Shown here: piece after piece, positions 36,881 through 46,069 of the stretch | Layout of the letters: each line of letters begins with the position of its first letter | Numbering within the stretch: the first letter of the stretch is position 1 | Assembly (NCBI GenBank): GCA_964567125.1 | Contig: CAZMLC010000001.1 | Location: 1-59,477 of the forward strand | DNA from: an uncultured Akkermansia sp. | GTDB taxonomy: Bacteria > Verrucomicrobiota > Kiritimatiellia > RFP12 > UBA1067 | Length of the DNA: 59,477 bases | Direction of reading: 5' to 3' | Notes under the pieces: generated by a model | Told to the model about the DNA's origin: nothing | The model's database searches: none | The model's input: the letters and a program-made list of their open reading frames with translations, nothing else | Translations under genes and position numbers: made by a program

Positions 36881-37687
36881 TCACAATACGTTGCTCAGGA
36901 TCAAGGTCCCTGTATCGCCGCCCGCCATCACCAACGACAAAACGTCTGGTTTGCGACCATCCGCGATCACGACGCCACATCCGGATTTGGCGGCAATTTT
37001 GGCGGCATTCAGCTTAGAATCCATGCCGCCTTTGGAGAGCGCGCTACTTTTTTCAGGATTGACCAGCTTCAATGCATCCGCGACCTTATCCACATAAGGA
37101 ACGCGTTGGCCCTGACTATCCAAGACACCGTCAACCGTGCTCAGAATGACAAGAATATCGGCGCGCACTAATTTAACAACCAGTGCGGCGAGGTAGTCGT
37201 TGTCGCCGAGGGATAATCCCGCCTTGATCTCCTCATCCGCAACGACATCGTTTTCGTTGATGATGGGAATAATTCCTCTTTTTATCATGTGTTCCATGGT
37301 CCGCTTTGCATTGGCGTAACGGATCCGATGCTGGAAATCGGCATGCGTCAAGAGCACTTGACCAACCAGAATCTTTTCTGACGAGAAAAAATCCTCGTAG
37401 TGCGACATCAACCGCGCCTGCCCAACTGCAGCGCACATCTGGAGGTCGGCAACCGCTGTGGGACGCGCCGACAACCCCAACACTGCAACACCAGCTGCGA
37501 TTGACCCCGACGAGACGAGCAGAACCTCGTACCCGTTGGCATGCAACTGCGCCACCTGCTTAACCAGACTCTGCAGCTGTCCCATATCCGGGCGGCCGCT
37601 CTTTTCCGCAATGACGCGCGTGCCGATTTTGATCACAACGCGGCGCGCCTCGGGAAGCAGCGCACGAAAACGTTTTTCAATATTCAT
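36881..37687 (-). CDS. proB: Glutamate 5-kinase (short form without PUA domain)
   Basis: 268 aa. RVVIKIGTRVI, VLLVSSGSIAAG and IINENDVVA motifs. Confidence 0.85.
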   Translation of the reverse strand: MNIEKRFRALLPEARRVVIKIGTRVIAEKSGRPDMGQLQSLVKQVAQLHANGYEVLLVSSGSIAAGVAVLGLSARPTAVADLQMCAAVGQARLMSHYEDFFSSEKILVGQVLLTHADFQHRIRYANAKRTMEHMIKRGIIPIINENDVVADEEIKAGLSLGDNDYLAALVVKLVRADILVILSTVDGVLDSQGQRVPYVDKVADALKLVNPEKSSALSKGGMDSKLNAAKIAAKSGCGVVIADGRKPDVLSLVMAGGDTGTLILSNVL

Positions 37688-37695
37688 AAAAAATT

Positions 37696-37739
37696 TCGAC
37701 TTAAATCGACTTAAATCGAGTTTTGTCGACTTAAGTCGA
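37696..37739. repeat. 10-bp-phased TCGA array: 2 identical TCGACTTAAA units, degenerate units and a perfect 14-bp palindrome TCGACTTAAGTCGA
   Basis: TCGA occurs at 37696, 37706, 37716, 37726 and 37736. The palindrome spans 37726-37739. Read directly. Confidence 0.85.
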
Positions 37740-37770
37740 AATAATTTAGATGTCCCATCCGCACAAACGC

Positions 37771-38607
37771 TTACGCGCCGAGCTGGAAGCGGACAAAACG
37801 CTTGACTGTAATCGTATCGCCGGTAGCCTTTGCACAGGCTGCAATCACATCGGTGATGCTCTGCTTAGGCTCCTTGACGAACGGCTGATGAATCAGGCAG
37901 ATTTCGGAATAGAACTTCTGAATCTTACCCTTGAGAATGTTCTCAATGATGTTGGCAGGCTTATCCTGCACCTGGGTCCGATAGATGTCCTTTTCCGCTT
38001 CCACAACATCAGCGGGAACTTCCTCTGGCACCAAGTAGCGCGGCGATGCCGCTGCAATCTGGAGGACCAGATCATGCACGAGTTCCGCGAACGCCGGCTG
38101 CTCAACTGTTTCAGGCTTGCCGCAGGCGACCTCAACCAGCACGCCGACCTTACCGCCCATGTGAATGTACGACTCGATCTTGCCCGTGCAGCTGAGCGTA
38201 TAGCGCGCTGCGCGGCGGATCTTGACGTTCTCACCGGTCTGGGAGACGATGGTCATCAGCTCATCCTTGAGGGACTCGCCGAACTCAACGCCGACATCCA
38301 GCACCTTCTGCGTCACCACAGTCACAAAGTTCTTAAAATTGTCGGTCTTAGCGACAAAGTCGGTTTCCGTATTGACTTCAGCCATCGCGATGGTCTTGCC
38401 ATCGGCTGAGCTGATCGCCTTGATAATACCTTCCTTCGATTCCTTGTCGGCGCGCTTAACCTGAATAGCAAGGCCCTTCTCACGAAGGATCTTGATCGCA
38501 GCGTCCATGTCACCATTGGTATCGATCAATGCTTTCTTGCAATCCATCATGCCAGCATTAGTACGCTGGCGAAGATCGTTGATGATTGCGACGGTAATAT
38601 CTGCCAT
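37771..38607 (-). CDS. tsf: Translation elongation factor Ts
   Basis: N-terminal UBA-like ...LRQRTNAGMMDCKKAL...GDMDAAIKILREKG. 278 aa. Lies immediately downstream of rpsB. Confidence 0.95.
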   Translation of the reverse strand: MADITVAIINDLRQRTNAGMMDCKKALIDTNGDMDAAIKILREKGLAIQVKRADKESKEGIIKAISSADGKTIAMAEVNTETDFVAKTDNFKNFVTVVTQKVLDVGVEFGESLKDELMTIVSQTGENVKIRRAARYTLSCTGKIESYIHMGGKVGVLVEVACGKPETVEQPAFAELVHDLVLQIAAASPRYLVPEEVPADVVEAEKDIYRTQVQDKPANIIENILKGKIQKFYSEICLIHQPFVKEPKQSITDVIAACAKATGDTITVKRFVRFQLGA

Positions 38608-38643
38608 TTGAAAAACTCCTTATTGAAATCGATGAACAACGGA

Positions 38644-39600
38644 TTACTCAGCAACCGGAGCTTCTGCTGCAGGAGCAGCCTCCTCCGTAGCCGTTTCAAC
38701 AGCAGCGGCACGCGCCTCAAGACCAGCCTTTGCAGCCTTGGAAGCACTCTTCCGGCGCTCATTCAGGCGGCTCTTTGCACGCGCTGCAGCGTCATCGCCT
38801 TCGCGGCGCGGACGGCGCGTTGCACGATCCTGCGCATCCTGCTGAACCTGTTCAGCATCGCGCTGACGCTGACGTTCCGCAGCCACGCGGCTGTATTCAT
38901 CGCTGGCCTCTTTGATCACCTTCGCAAATGCATCGGCGATCATCTTGATGCCGCGGACCGCGTCATCGTTGCCCGGAATGACATAGTCGACCGGATCAGG
39001 ATCAGCGTTGGTGTCCACGATCGCAACGACCGGAATGCCCAGGCGTTTCGCTTCGTTGATCGCGTTCTGTTCACGGCAGATATCGACAATCACCATCGCA
39101 CCCGGCTTGCTCTCCATGTCCGCAACGCCGCTCAGATTCTTCTGGAGCTTTTCCAGCTCGCGACGCAACGAGGAGGCTTCCTTTTTGTGAACCGAGTAGA
39201 CGCCGTTGTTGTTGCGGCCCATCGCTTCGATCTGGCGCATGCGACGGACGCTGCGGCGGATCGTCTGATTGTTGGTGAGCGTGCCGCCCAGCCAGCGTTC
39301 GGTCATGTAGTGCTGCTCACAGGCGACGGCTGCTTCTTTGACAGCTTCCTGCGCTTGCTTCTTGGTTGCGACGAAAAGAATCTTCTTACCGCTCAACGCG
39401 ACATCCTTGAGGAACTGAGCCGCTTCGTCGATGAGCGTGACGGTCTGCGTCAAATCAATGATATGAATTCCGTTGCGCTTGTCGAAGATATAGCGTTTCA
39501 TCTTCGGATTCCAGCGCTTCGTTTGATGACCAAAATGAAGACCCGCATCCAGCAGATCCTTCAGAGAGAGCCCGGTGAGGCTCGAGACAGGCATTTCCAT
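38644..39600 (-). CDS. rpsB: 30S ribosomal protein S2 with ~70-aa Ala/Glu/Arg-rich C-terminal extension
   Basis: GLHFGHQTKRWNPKM, GGTLTN and DTNADPD motifs. 318 aa, against ~250 for a typical S2. Confidence 0.95.
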   Translation of the reverse strand: MEMPVSSLTGLSLKDLLDAGLHFGHQTKRWNPKMKRYIFDKRNGIHIIDLTQTVTLIDEAAQFLKDVALSGKKILFVATKKQAQEAVKEAAVACEQHYMTERWLGGTLTNNQTIRRSVRRMRQIEAMGRNNNGVYSVHKKEASSLRRELEKLQKNLSGVADMESKPGAMVIVDICREQNAINEAKRLGIPVVAIVDTNADPDPVDYVIPGNDDAVRGIKMIADAFAKVIKEASDEYSRVAAERQRQRDAEQVQQDAQDRATRRPRREGDDAAARAKSRLNERRKSASKAAKAGLEARAAAVETATEEAAPAAEAPVAE

Positions 39601-39791
39601 TCTTGATGATCCTTAACTACAAAACATGCCGCATAACACGCGTTTTTGCATGTCTGTTGGGTTAATCCGCTTTGTACGTTCGCATATTCTGCGACCATAC
39701 GTTCGCTTCCGAACAGGCGTTATCACTCGATAATCCGTTCGATTTAAGGTTGAACTATACCAAAAACCGGGACGGTAATCAAGCCCTCTCT

Positions 39792-39828
39792 CCGTGCGTG
39801 CGCGCGTTCCGCGCACACGGTTCTTTCC
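39792..39828 (+). other. GC-rich bulged hairpin followed by TTCTTTCC in the rpsB / oxidoreductase divergent spacer
   Basis: CCGTG(cg)TGCGCG-cgttc-CGCGCACACGG, 11 bp with a 2-nt bulge. Read directly. Role unknown. Confidence 0.35.
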
Positions 39829-39884
39829 TCGACAATTGAGGGGTGGCATGTTACAGTTTTGCGAAATTCACGGGAGGGTGAAAC

Positions 39885-41219
39885 ATGCATCTGACACGCA
39901 AGCAGTTTCTTGTTTTAACAGCAACAACAGCAGCAGCCGTTTCGTCGGGTGCCTTACTCTATCGCGCCACGCGCAGCCATGCGAAAGGGAAAATCATCAT
40001 CATTGGCGGCGGTGCCGCGGGACTGACCGTTGCCGCACAGCTCGCCCGGCAACTTTCCGCGCCGGATATCACGGTCATTGATCCCTCCGCGCAGCACTTC
40101 TATCAGCCAGGATTCACACTGATCGCCGCAGGCGTTTACGCGCCTTCTGATGTTTGGAAACCGCAAAAGGACTGCATGCCATCCGGTGTCACCTGGATCA
40201 AAGACAGCGTCCTGCTCGTTGACCCGGACAAAAAGACCGTTCAGACAAAGGTCAGCGGCGCACTGGCCTATGATTTCCTTGTTTTAGCCCCTGGGTTGCA
40301 GTTGAACTGGAATAAAGTCGAGGGTATTTCGCGCGCGACGCTGGGCGCAGGCAATGCGCATTCCATCTATGATTTCGAAGGGGCGCAACGGACCTGGACC
40401 GCGTTGCAGGCTTTTGCCAAAAAAGGCGGGACCGCGATTTTCACCGACACGTATACCAAGCATAAATGCGGCGGAGCACCGAAGAAAATCTGCCTCTTGA
40501 CGGATGATTTCATGCGCCGCAGCAAAACGCGTGACTCCGGGAAATTCCATTTTTATACCGCATCCAAACAGCTCTACGATATTCCCTATTACACACCGCG
40601 GCTGGAGGCGATTTATGCCGAACGGCAGATCCCGATCCAACTGCGCACACGACTCAAAGGCGTCGATACGCAGGCGAAAAAGGTCTATCTGGAGCAGATC
40701 ACGCAGAACGCGGATCAATCGCAGACCATCACGCCTGTGACCCAATCCTACGACTTCCTGCACTTCACGCCGCCGCAGACCGCGCCTGACTTTGTCGTTC
40801 AGTCCGGACTCAGCTGGACCGAAGGTCCGCTCGCGAAAGAAGGATGGGCCATGACGGACAAGCACACGCTGGTCCATCAAAAATATACGAACATTATCTG
40901 CCTCGGCGATGTTGCGGGCATTCCCACCAGCAAAACGTCGGCCGCGATTCGCAAACAGGCTCCCATTGCGGTCGCCAACCTGATCGCACGCATGGAAGGG
41001 AAAGCACCTGTCGCGCGGTATAACGGCTATGCGGCCTGCCCTATTATCACACAATACGGGAAGTTGCTGCTCTGCGAATTTGATTACGACAAGAAACCCT
41101 GCACCTCATTTCCGTTCACGCTTCTGGATACATCCAAGGAGCTGCGCGAAGGGTGGTGGCTCAAAGTCTATGCGCTCAAGCCCCTTTACTTCTACGGTAT
41201 GCTTACAGGGCTAGCGTAA
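39885..41219 (+). CDS. FAD-dependent pyridine-nucleotide-disulfide oxidoreductase, sulfide:quinone oxidoreductase-like
   Basis: 444 aa. Signal-like TRKQFLVLTATTAAAV. Motifs IIIIGGGAAGLT, FYQPGFTL, KCGGAPKK and GDVAGIPTSKTSAAIRKQ. Confidence 0.65.
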   Translation: MHLTRKQFLVLTATTAAAVSSGALLYRATRSHAKGKIIIIGGGAAGLTVAAQLARQLSAPDITVIDPSAQHFYQPGFTLIAAGVYAPSDVWKPQKDCMPSGVTWIKDSVLLVDPDKKTVQTKVSGALAYDFLVLAPGLQLNWNKVEGISRATLGAGNAHSIYDFEGAQRTWTALQAFAKKGGTAIFTDTYTKHKCGGAPKKICLLTDDFMRRSKTRDSGKFHFYTASKQLYDIPYYTPRLEAIYAERQIPIQLRTRLKGVDTQAKKVYLEQITQNADQSQTITPVTQSYDFLHFTPPQTAPDFVVQSGLSWTEGPLAKEGWAMTDKHTLVHQKYTNIICLGDVAGIPTSKTSAAIRKQAPIAVANLIARMEGKAPVARYNGYAACPIITQYGKLLLCEFDYDKKPCTSFPFTLLDTSKELREGWWLKVYALKPLYFYGMLTGLA

Positions 41220-42651
41220 GTGCACGGCGTTCGGTGATGAAGGTCGGCGAATCATAAACCGGCACATCGGTGATTTCAACCCGCCCGTGATCGCGTTTGA
41301 TCTTTTCCTTGGGAACAGCATACGCGCGCCCGCTGAAGAGGTCAACCCAGACCGGTTCTTCCCACGTCTGCGTGCTCGTCAGCGTCACGGAGCGCGTACA
41401 GAATGATTCCGCGGGACGCGTATCGCTTTCCCAAAAGACACAGAGCCATGCCTTTGTAGCGCTGTTCTGATAGACGTAGCTGGCGACGTTCGTCGCTGAA
41501 AAGCCAACGTCCGCACCTGGACAACGTTGCCACGTGTCATCGAAAACAGAGACGAGGTTCTGGACAGCGTAGTACGCTTTTTTGATCGCGATCACCTCTT
41601 TCTTTGCGTTGGCGCGGATCAAGCCTTTGCGATTGATTTCACGCCCCGTATGATTGAAGTCACAGATCGTAAAAATCGAGGATTCTACATCGTGGCCCAG
41701 ATCGCCCAGCATACGCCGCAGATCCCATTTAGCCTGACTGTCCTCCGTCCAGGGAATCTTCGACAAGGCGAAACGGTGCGCCATCTCGGAGGGACACCCG
41801 TTTTCGCCCTGCCGCATACGCGCCGTGCGCGAATAGCGCGCCAAGACCGCTTGCTGTTCCACGACGTTGGCGTAGGAGGAATCCGGATTGGCCGCGTATC
41901 CGTGATAGATGAACCAGGTGAACAGGTCCATACCGCCCTCGCGCTGAATCGCCTTCAGGCACGCCTCCAACAGCGCAGGCTTATTGTTGGCCAGCGAGAG
42001 ACCGGCAATCCGAGCATCGGAAATAACGCGTTTGATGATGCGCGCCGTACGCACGTTGAAGCGCGCGATATCGTCGGGCGTATGCGCCTTATTGATATCG
42101 GGTTCGTTCCACATCGCCCACTCCTGGACGCGATCCTTGTAGTGCACCGCCATGGCTTCCACCCAGCGATCCCAGGCCGCAAGCGCCTCCTCGGAAACAG
42201 GGAATCCGCCCGCAAGATCCGCACCGCCGCCACCCGCATAAATTGGATTGCCGTAATCGGTCTCTAACAGGATCGAAAGTCCGCGTCCACGCGCATCGTC
42301 GACAATCTTATCCAGCCAGCCAAAGTGATAGACGCCCTTCTGCTTTTCCGTTTTGGCCCAGCCGCCTTGCAACCGGATCTTTTTAATTCCTAACGGCACA
42401 AGATAGTCTTTGTATTCCTCATAATTAGCGAAATCGCGGCAGAGCGTTTCACAGCCCAGCGTCCAATTCGAACGCGCAATTGCAGACGCACTGCGCGGCA
42501 CCAGTGTGCCGATGTAAGGCCACGCGATCTGCAACGGCGTTGCAACGCGATCCGGCGCAGTATTTAACGGGACCTGATGGACGCCCGCCCCTACAGAAAG
42601 ACATCCACACACAAGACTCATCATCACGATGCGACGCGTAACCATATTCAC
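41203..42651 (-). CDS. Secreted clan GH-A (beta/alpha)8 glycoside hydrolase (GH5/GH30/GH39-like, family unresolved)
   Basis: 482 aa with a signal peptide. VQEWAMWNEPD resembles the acid/base NEP strand. Its 3' end overlaps the convergent gene by 17 nt. Confidence 0.55.
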   Translation of the reverse strand: MNMVTRRIVMMSLVCGCLSVGAGVHQVPLNTAPDRVATPLQIAWPYIGTLVPRSASAIARSNWTLGCETLCRDFANYEEYKDYLVPLGIKKIRLQGGWAKTEKQKGVYHFGWLDKIVDDARGRGLSILLETDYGNPIYAGGGGADLAGGFPVSEEALAAWDRWVEAMAVHYKDRVQEWAMWNEPDINKAHTPDDIARFNVRTARIIKRVISDARIAGLSLANNKPALLEACLKAIQREGGMDLFTWFIYHGYAANPDSSYANVVEQQAVLARYSRTARMRQGENGCPSEMAHRFALSKIPWTEDSQAKWDLRRMLGDLGHDVESSIFTICDFNHTGREINRKGLIRANAKKEVIAIKKAYYAVQNLVSVFDDTWQRCPGADVGFSATNVASYVYQNSATKAWLCVFWESDTRPAESFCTRSVTLTSTQTWEEPVWVDLFSGRAYAVPKEKIKRDHGRVEITDVPVYDSPTFITERRALTLAL

Positions 42652-42731
42652 TCCCCCTTGTTCACAGATAGGTGTGAAAAAGTATACAGCGACGGGATAT
42701 AAATAACAAGCGCGACCGCGACGAATGTGGC

Positions 42732-42760
42732 TTGCAACACTGCCCCCTCTTTGCTAAAAA
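42732..42760 (+). promoter_or_regulatory. Candidate promoter TTGCAA-17 nt-TAAAAA abutting the start codon (possible leaderless mRNA)
   Basis: Read directly. There is no SD before the ATG at 42761. A second in-frame ATG at 42767 lies 7 nt after the -10 element. Confidence 0.3.
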
Positions 42761-43723
42761 ATGAACATGAACAAACTGAACCGCCGAAATTTTTCCACTA
42801 CGCTTTTCGCTGGACTCTGCGCCAGCACATTGACACCGAAACTTAGCGCGCAGATACCGCCGGTTTCACGCGCAACGTCCACGCACAAAATCGCACTCAA
42901 CACCGGAACCATCCGCGGATATAAACTTCCGCTCGCCGAACAGATCAAGCAGATCGCGCGCGCTGGTTATACGGGCATCGAGCCCTGGTGCAGCGACATC
43001 GCCACGGCCACTAAACAGGATCCCGGCCTGCGCGCCCACGCCCAACAGCTTGCCGACAACGGCTTAACCGTGATCGGCGCCATCGGATTTGCGAAATGGG
43101 CCGTGAACGACGATGCTGTACGCCGCGACGGACTTGAGGAAATGACGCGCGACATGGAACGCGTTGCGCAGCTCGGCGGTCGCTTTATCGCGGCGTCACC
43201 GGCAGGTGTCAACGCCGCTGGATACGTCCTCGAACAAAATGCCGCTGCAGACCGTTACCATACGCTTCTCGAACTCGGCAAAACAATCGGCGTAACCCCT
43301 GTGCTGGAATTTTGGGGAGCCGCCAGCAACCTGAACACCCTTGAATGCAGTCTCCACGTTGCCGCTGCTGCACGCCACCCTGACGCCTGCATTCTCGCCG
43401 ATGCCTACCACCTTTACAAAGGGAACAGCGCGCTGGATGGTCTGCGGTTTCTTCCGCAGGCAAAACTACCTATCTTCCATATCAACGACTATCCTGCGGC
43501 GCCGCCGCGCGAAACCATCCGCGATGCGGATCGCATCTGGCCGGGCGATGGCATTGCACCCTTTGAACAGATTCTTTCGATTATCACGTCCACGGGTGCA
43601 AATCCCTGGTTTTCATTGGAACTTTTCAATACCAGCTACTGGGAAAAACCGGTTGCGGAGATGCTGAAAACCGGCTATGAAAAAACGCGTAGGTGCTTGA
43701 CAAGCCACACCGTGTCGCGCTGA
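42761..43723 (+). CDS. Tat-signal sugar phosphate isomerase/epimerase (xylose isomerase-like TIM barrel)
   Basis: 320 aa. NRRNFSTTLFAGL twin-arginine-like signal. Motifs GYTGIEPW, LEFWG and FHINDYP. Confidence 0.75.
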   Translation: MNMNKLNRRNFSTTLFAGLCASTLTPKLSAQIPPVSRATSTHKIALNTGTIRGYKLPLAEQIKQIARAGYTGIEPWCSDIATATKQDPGLRAHAQQLADNGLTVIGAIGFAKWAVNDDAVRRDGLEEMTRDMERVAQLGGRFIAASPAGVNAAGYVLEQNAAADRYHTLLELGKTIGVTPVLEFWGAASNLNTLECSLHVAAAARHPDACILADAYHLYKGNSALDGLRFLPQAKLPIFHINDYPAAPPRETIRDADRIWPGDGIAPFEQILSIITSTGANPWFSLELFNTSYWEKPVAEMLKTGYEKTRRCLTSHTVSR

Positions 43724-43891
43724 ACGCGTGCGCGTTTCACGTCTGTCATGCGCGTTCCTTAACTGTGTGATTGACAGACGCCGTGCTATTTTGGAATGCT
43801 GATGGCGCGGAAGCAGCGTAGCGCAAAGGCGCCGCGTGTTTGTGTTTCCCGAGATCCGCACGCCTCATACCCCTTTAGAAAGAACCGATTC

Positions 43892-45184
43892 ATGGCAAAA
43901 TTTGTAATTAAAGGTGCACGTCCCATTGCGGGAACACATCGTGCGACCGGCAACAAGAACGCCGCACTCCCCATGCTTGCGGCAACGTTACTGACAGCCG
44001 AACCGGTGACGCTGACCAATCTGCCTCTGATCGCCGACGTGCTGACCATGATCGAAATCATTCATGAACTCGGCGCTGACGTCGCGTTGGATAACACCAA
44101 CCGCAGCGTAACCATCTGTGCAAAAAACATCCGCACCACGCACCTGAACCGAAAACTGTGCGGCAAAGTGCGCGGCTCGATTCTCTTTGCAGGTCCTCTC
44201 CTGGGTCGTTGTGGTAGCGTCAAACTCTATCCACCGGGCGGCGATGTGATTGGCCGCCGCCGCATCGACACTCATCTCTTTGGACTCAAAAAACTCGGGG
44301 CTTCCATTGCCACGCAGACATCCTACCGGTTCAAAGCACCAAAGGGTTTGACCGGCCAATACATGCTGCTCGACGAAGCCAGCGTGACCGCCACGGAAAA
44401 CATCATCATGGCCGCTGTTCTTGCCAAAGGGACAACGACCATCTACAACACGGCCTGCGAACCGCACGTGCAAGATCTTTGCCGCATGCTCACGGCCATG
44501 GGCAGCCAGATCAAAGGAATCGGGACAAATCTACTGACCATTGAGGGCGTCGAATCGCTCACTGGCACGACACAGCGCATCGGTTCGGATTACATCGACG
44601 CGGGCAGCTATCTGGCTGCAGCGCTGGTTACAGGCGGAGAGATGATCATCGACGATGTCGAGGCCTCGGATTTCGAAGTACTGACCAGTCCGTTCCGGCG
44701 TTTCGGAGTCAAGTGGAGCATCGATGCGAAAAACAAACGCCTCTTTGTCCCGGCAAATCAGAAGCTGAAAACAACGTACGATTTCGGCGATGCGATCCCG
44801 AAGATCGAAGATGGTCCCTGGCCTATGTTCCCCTCGGATCTGATGAGCATCCTCATCGTGCTGGCCACACAAACCCGCGGTACCGTGCTCTTCTTCGAAA
44901 AGATGTTTGAGAGCCGCATGTATTTCGTTGATCATCTGGTCGGCATGGGTGCACGCCTGGTGCAATGCGATCCGCATCGGCTTGTCGTTACCGGGCCGAC
45001 GACGCTGCACGGCACCTCGGTCTCCAGCCCCGATATTCGCGCCGGCATGGCGCTGCTCATTGCCGCACTCTGCGCCAAAGGCGAAACGCACATCCTCAAT
45101 GCCAACAGTATTGATCGCGGATACGAGAACGTGGAGAGCGAACTCTGTCGGTTAGGCGCCGACATCCAACGCGTCGCTGATTAA
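43892..45184 (+). CDS. murA: UDP-N-acetylglucosamine 1-carboxyvinyltransferase
   Basis: I chose the ATG at 43892 (MAKFVIKG...). GNKNAALP motif and typical two-domain length. The ORF-track start at 43796 adds a basic non-homologous leader. Confidence 0.9.
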   Translation: MAKFVIKGARPIAGTHRATGNKNAALPMLAATLLTAEPVTLTNLPLIADVLTMIEIIHELGADVALDNTNRSVTICAKNIRTTHLNRKLCGKVRGSILFAGPLLGRCGSVKLYPPGGDVIGRRRIDTHLFGLKKLGASIATQTSYRFKAPKGLTGQYMLLDEASVTATENIIMAAVLAKGTTTIYNTACEPHVQDLCRMLTAMGSQIKGIGTNLLTIEGVESLTGTTQRIGSDYIDAGSYLAAALVTGGEMIIDDVEASDFEVLTSPFRRFGVKWSIDAKNKRLFVPANQKLKTTYDFGDAIPKIEDGPWPMFPSDLMSILIVLATQTRGTVLFFEKMFESRMYFVDHLVGMGARLVQCDPHRLVVTGPTTLHGTSVSSPDIRAGMALLIAALCAKGETHILNANSIDRGYENVESELCRLGADIQRVAD

Positions 45185-45188
45185 GCCC

Positions 45189-46061
45189 ATGTGGATTCCG
45201 TTCATCCTGATTTCGGCCTTCTTTCTCTCGCTCTACGATGTCAGCAAGAAAAAGAGTGTCCACGACAACGCCGTCATGCCGGTTCTTTTTCTGGCGACGG
45301 CATTTGGCGCAATCAGCTATGTCAGCCTGCTTCTTGTCCAAGGAGAGCTCCTGCGTTGCCTCGCCATTCCCGGCCTGGCCTTTACACGCGTCTTACTCAA
45401 ATCACTCCTCGTTGCATCGTCGTGGATCTTCGCCTATTACGCCATGCGAAGCTTACCCTTCTCCATTGTCTCGCCGATCCGCAGTTCTGCGCCGTTTTGG
45501 ACACTCATCGGCGCACTGGTGCTCTATCACGAAATCCCTTCGTTGCCACAGGCGTTGGGTATGGGGTGCGTCCTTGCGGGCTATTGGTATTTTTCCCGGA
45601 TCGGCCAGCGCGAGGGCATCCACTTTACGCGCAACCGCGGCATTACCTATGCGTTTGCAGGCACGTTACTCGGTGCATGCAGCGCACTTTACGACAAACA
45701 TCTTCTGCAGACCTGCGCCATGGATAAACAGATGATGCAGCTCTGGTTTGAGCTCGACCTCGTTATCCTGCTCGGCATCGGACTTCTTTGCCAACATGCT
45801 GCAGGCTGGCGGCGCACGCGGTTCCAGTGGCGCTGGAGCATTCCGCTGGTCGGCGTACTCCTTGTGGCCGCGGATGCGTTTTATTTTGCCGCGCTCAGCG
45901 AACACGGGGTTGCGATTTCCGTCTTATCGCTGGTCCGCCGCGCCAACGTCGCGTTTTCGTTTTTGCTGGGCGCCGCCTTATTCCGCGAGTCGCACCTCAA
46001 AAAGAAAGCACTTGCATTGGCCGGCATCCTGGCTGGTATCGCCCTGCTGCTTTGGCGGTAA
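45189..46061 (+). CDS. EamA/DMT-family transporter
   Basis: 290 aa, ~10 TM helices, two-repeat architecture. Confidence 0.7.
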   Translation: MWIPFILISAFFLSLYDVSKKKSVHDNAVMPVLFLATAFGAISYVSLLLVQGELLRCLAIPGLAFTRVLLKSLLVASSWIFAYYAMRSLPFSIVSPIRSSAPFWTLIGALVLYHEIPSLPQALGMGCVLAGYWYFSRIGQREGIHFTRNRGITYAFAGTLLGACSALYDKHLLQTCAMDKQMMQLWFELDLVILLGIGLLCQHAAGWRRTRFQWRWSIPLVGVLLVAADAFYFAALSEHGVAISVLSLVRRANVAFSFLLGAALFRESHLKKKALALAGILAGIALLLWR

Positions 46062-46069
46062 GCGCGCGC

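Noticed and set aside
38608-39606. 332-aa ORF antisense to rpsB
   Set aside because: rpsB is unambiguous; this is a shadow ORF.
39613-39849. 78-aa ORF in the rpsB upstream spacer
   Set aside because: Highly basic junk-like sequence with no SD; it lies across the putative leader structures.
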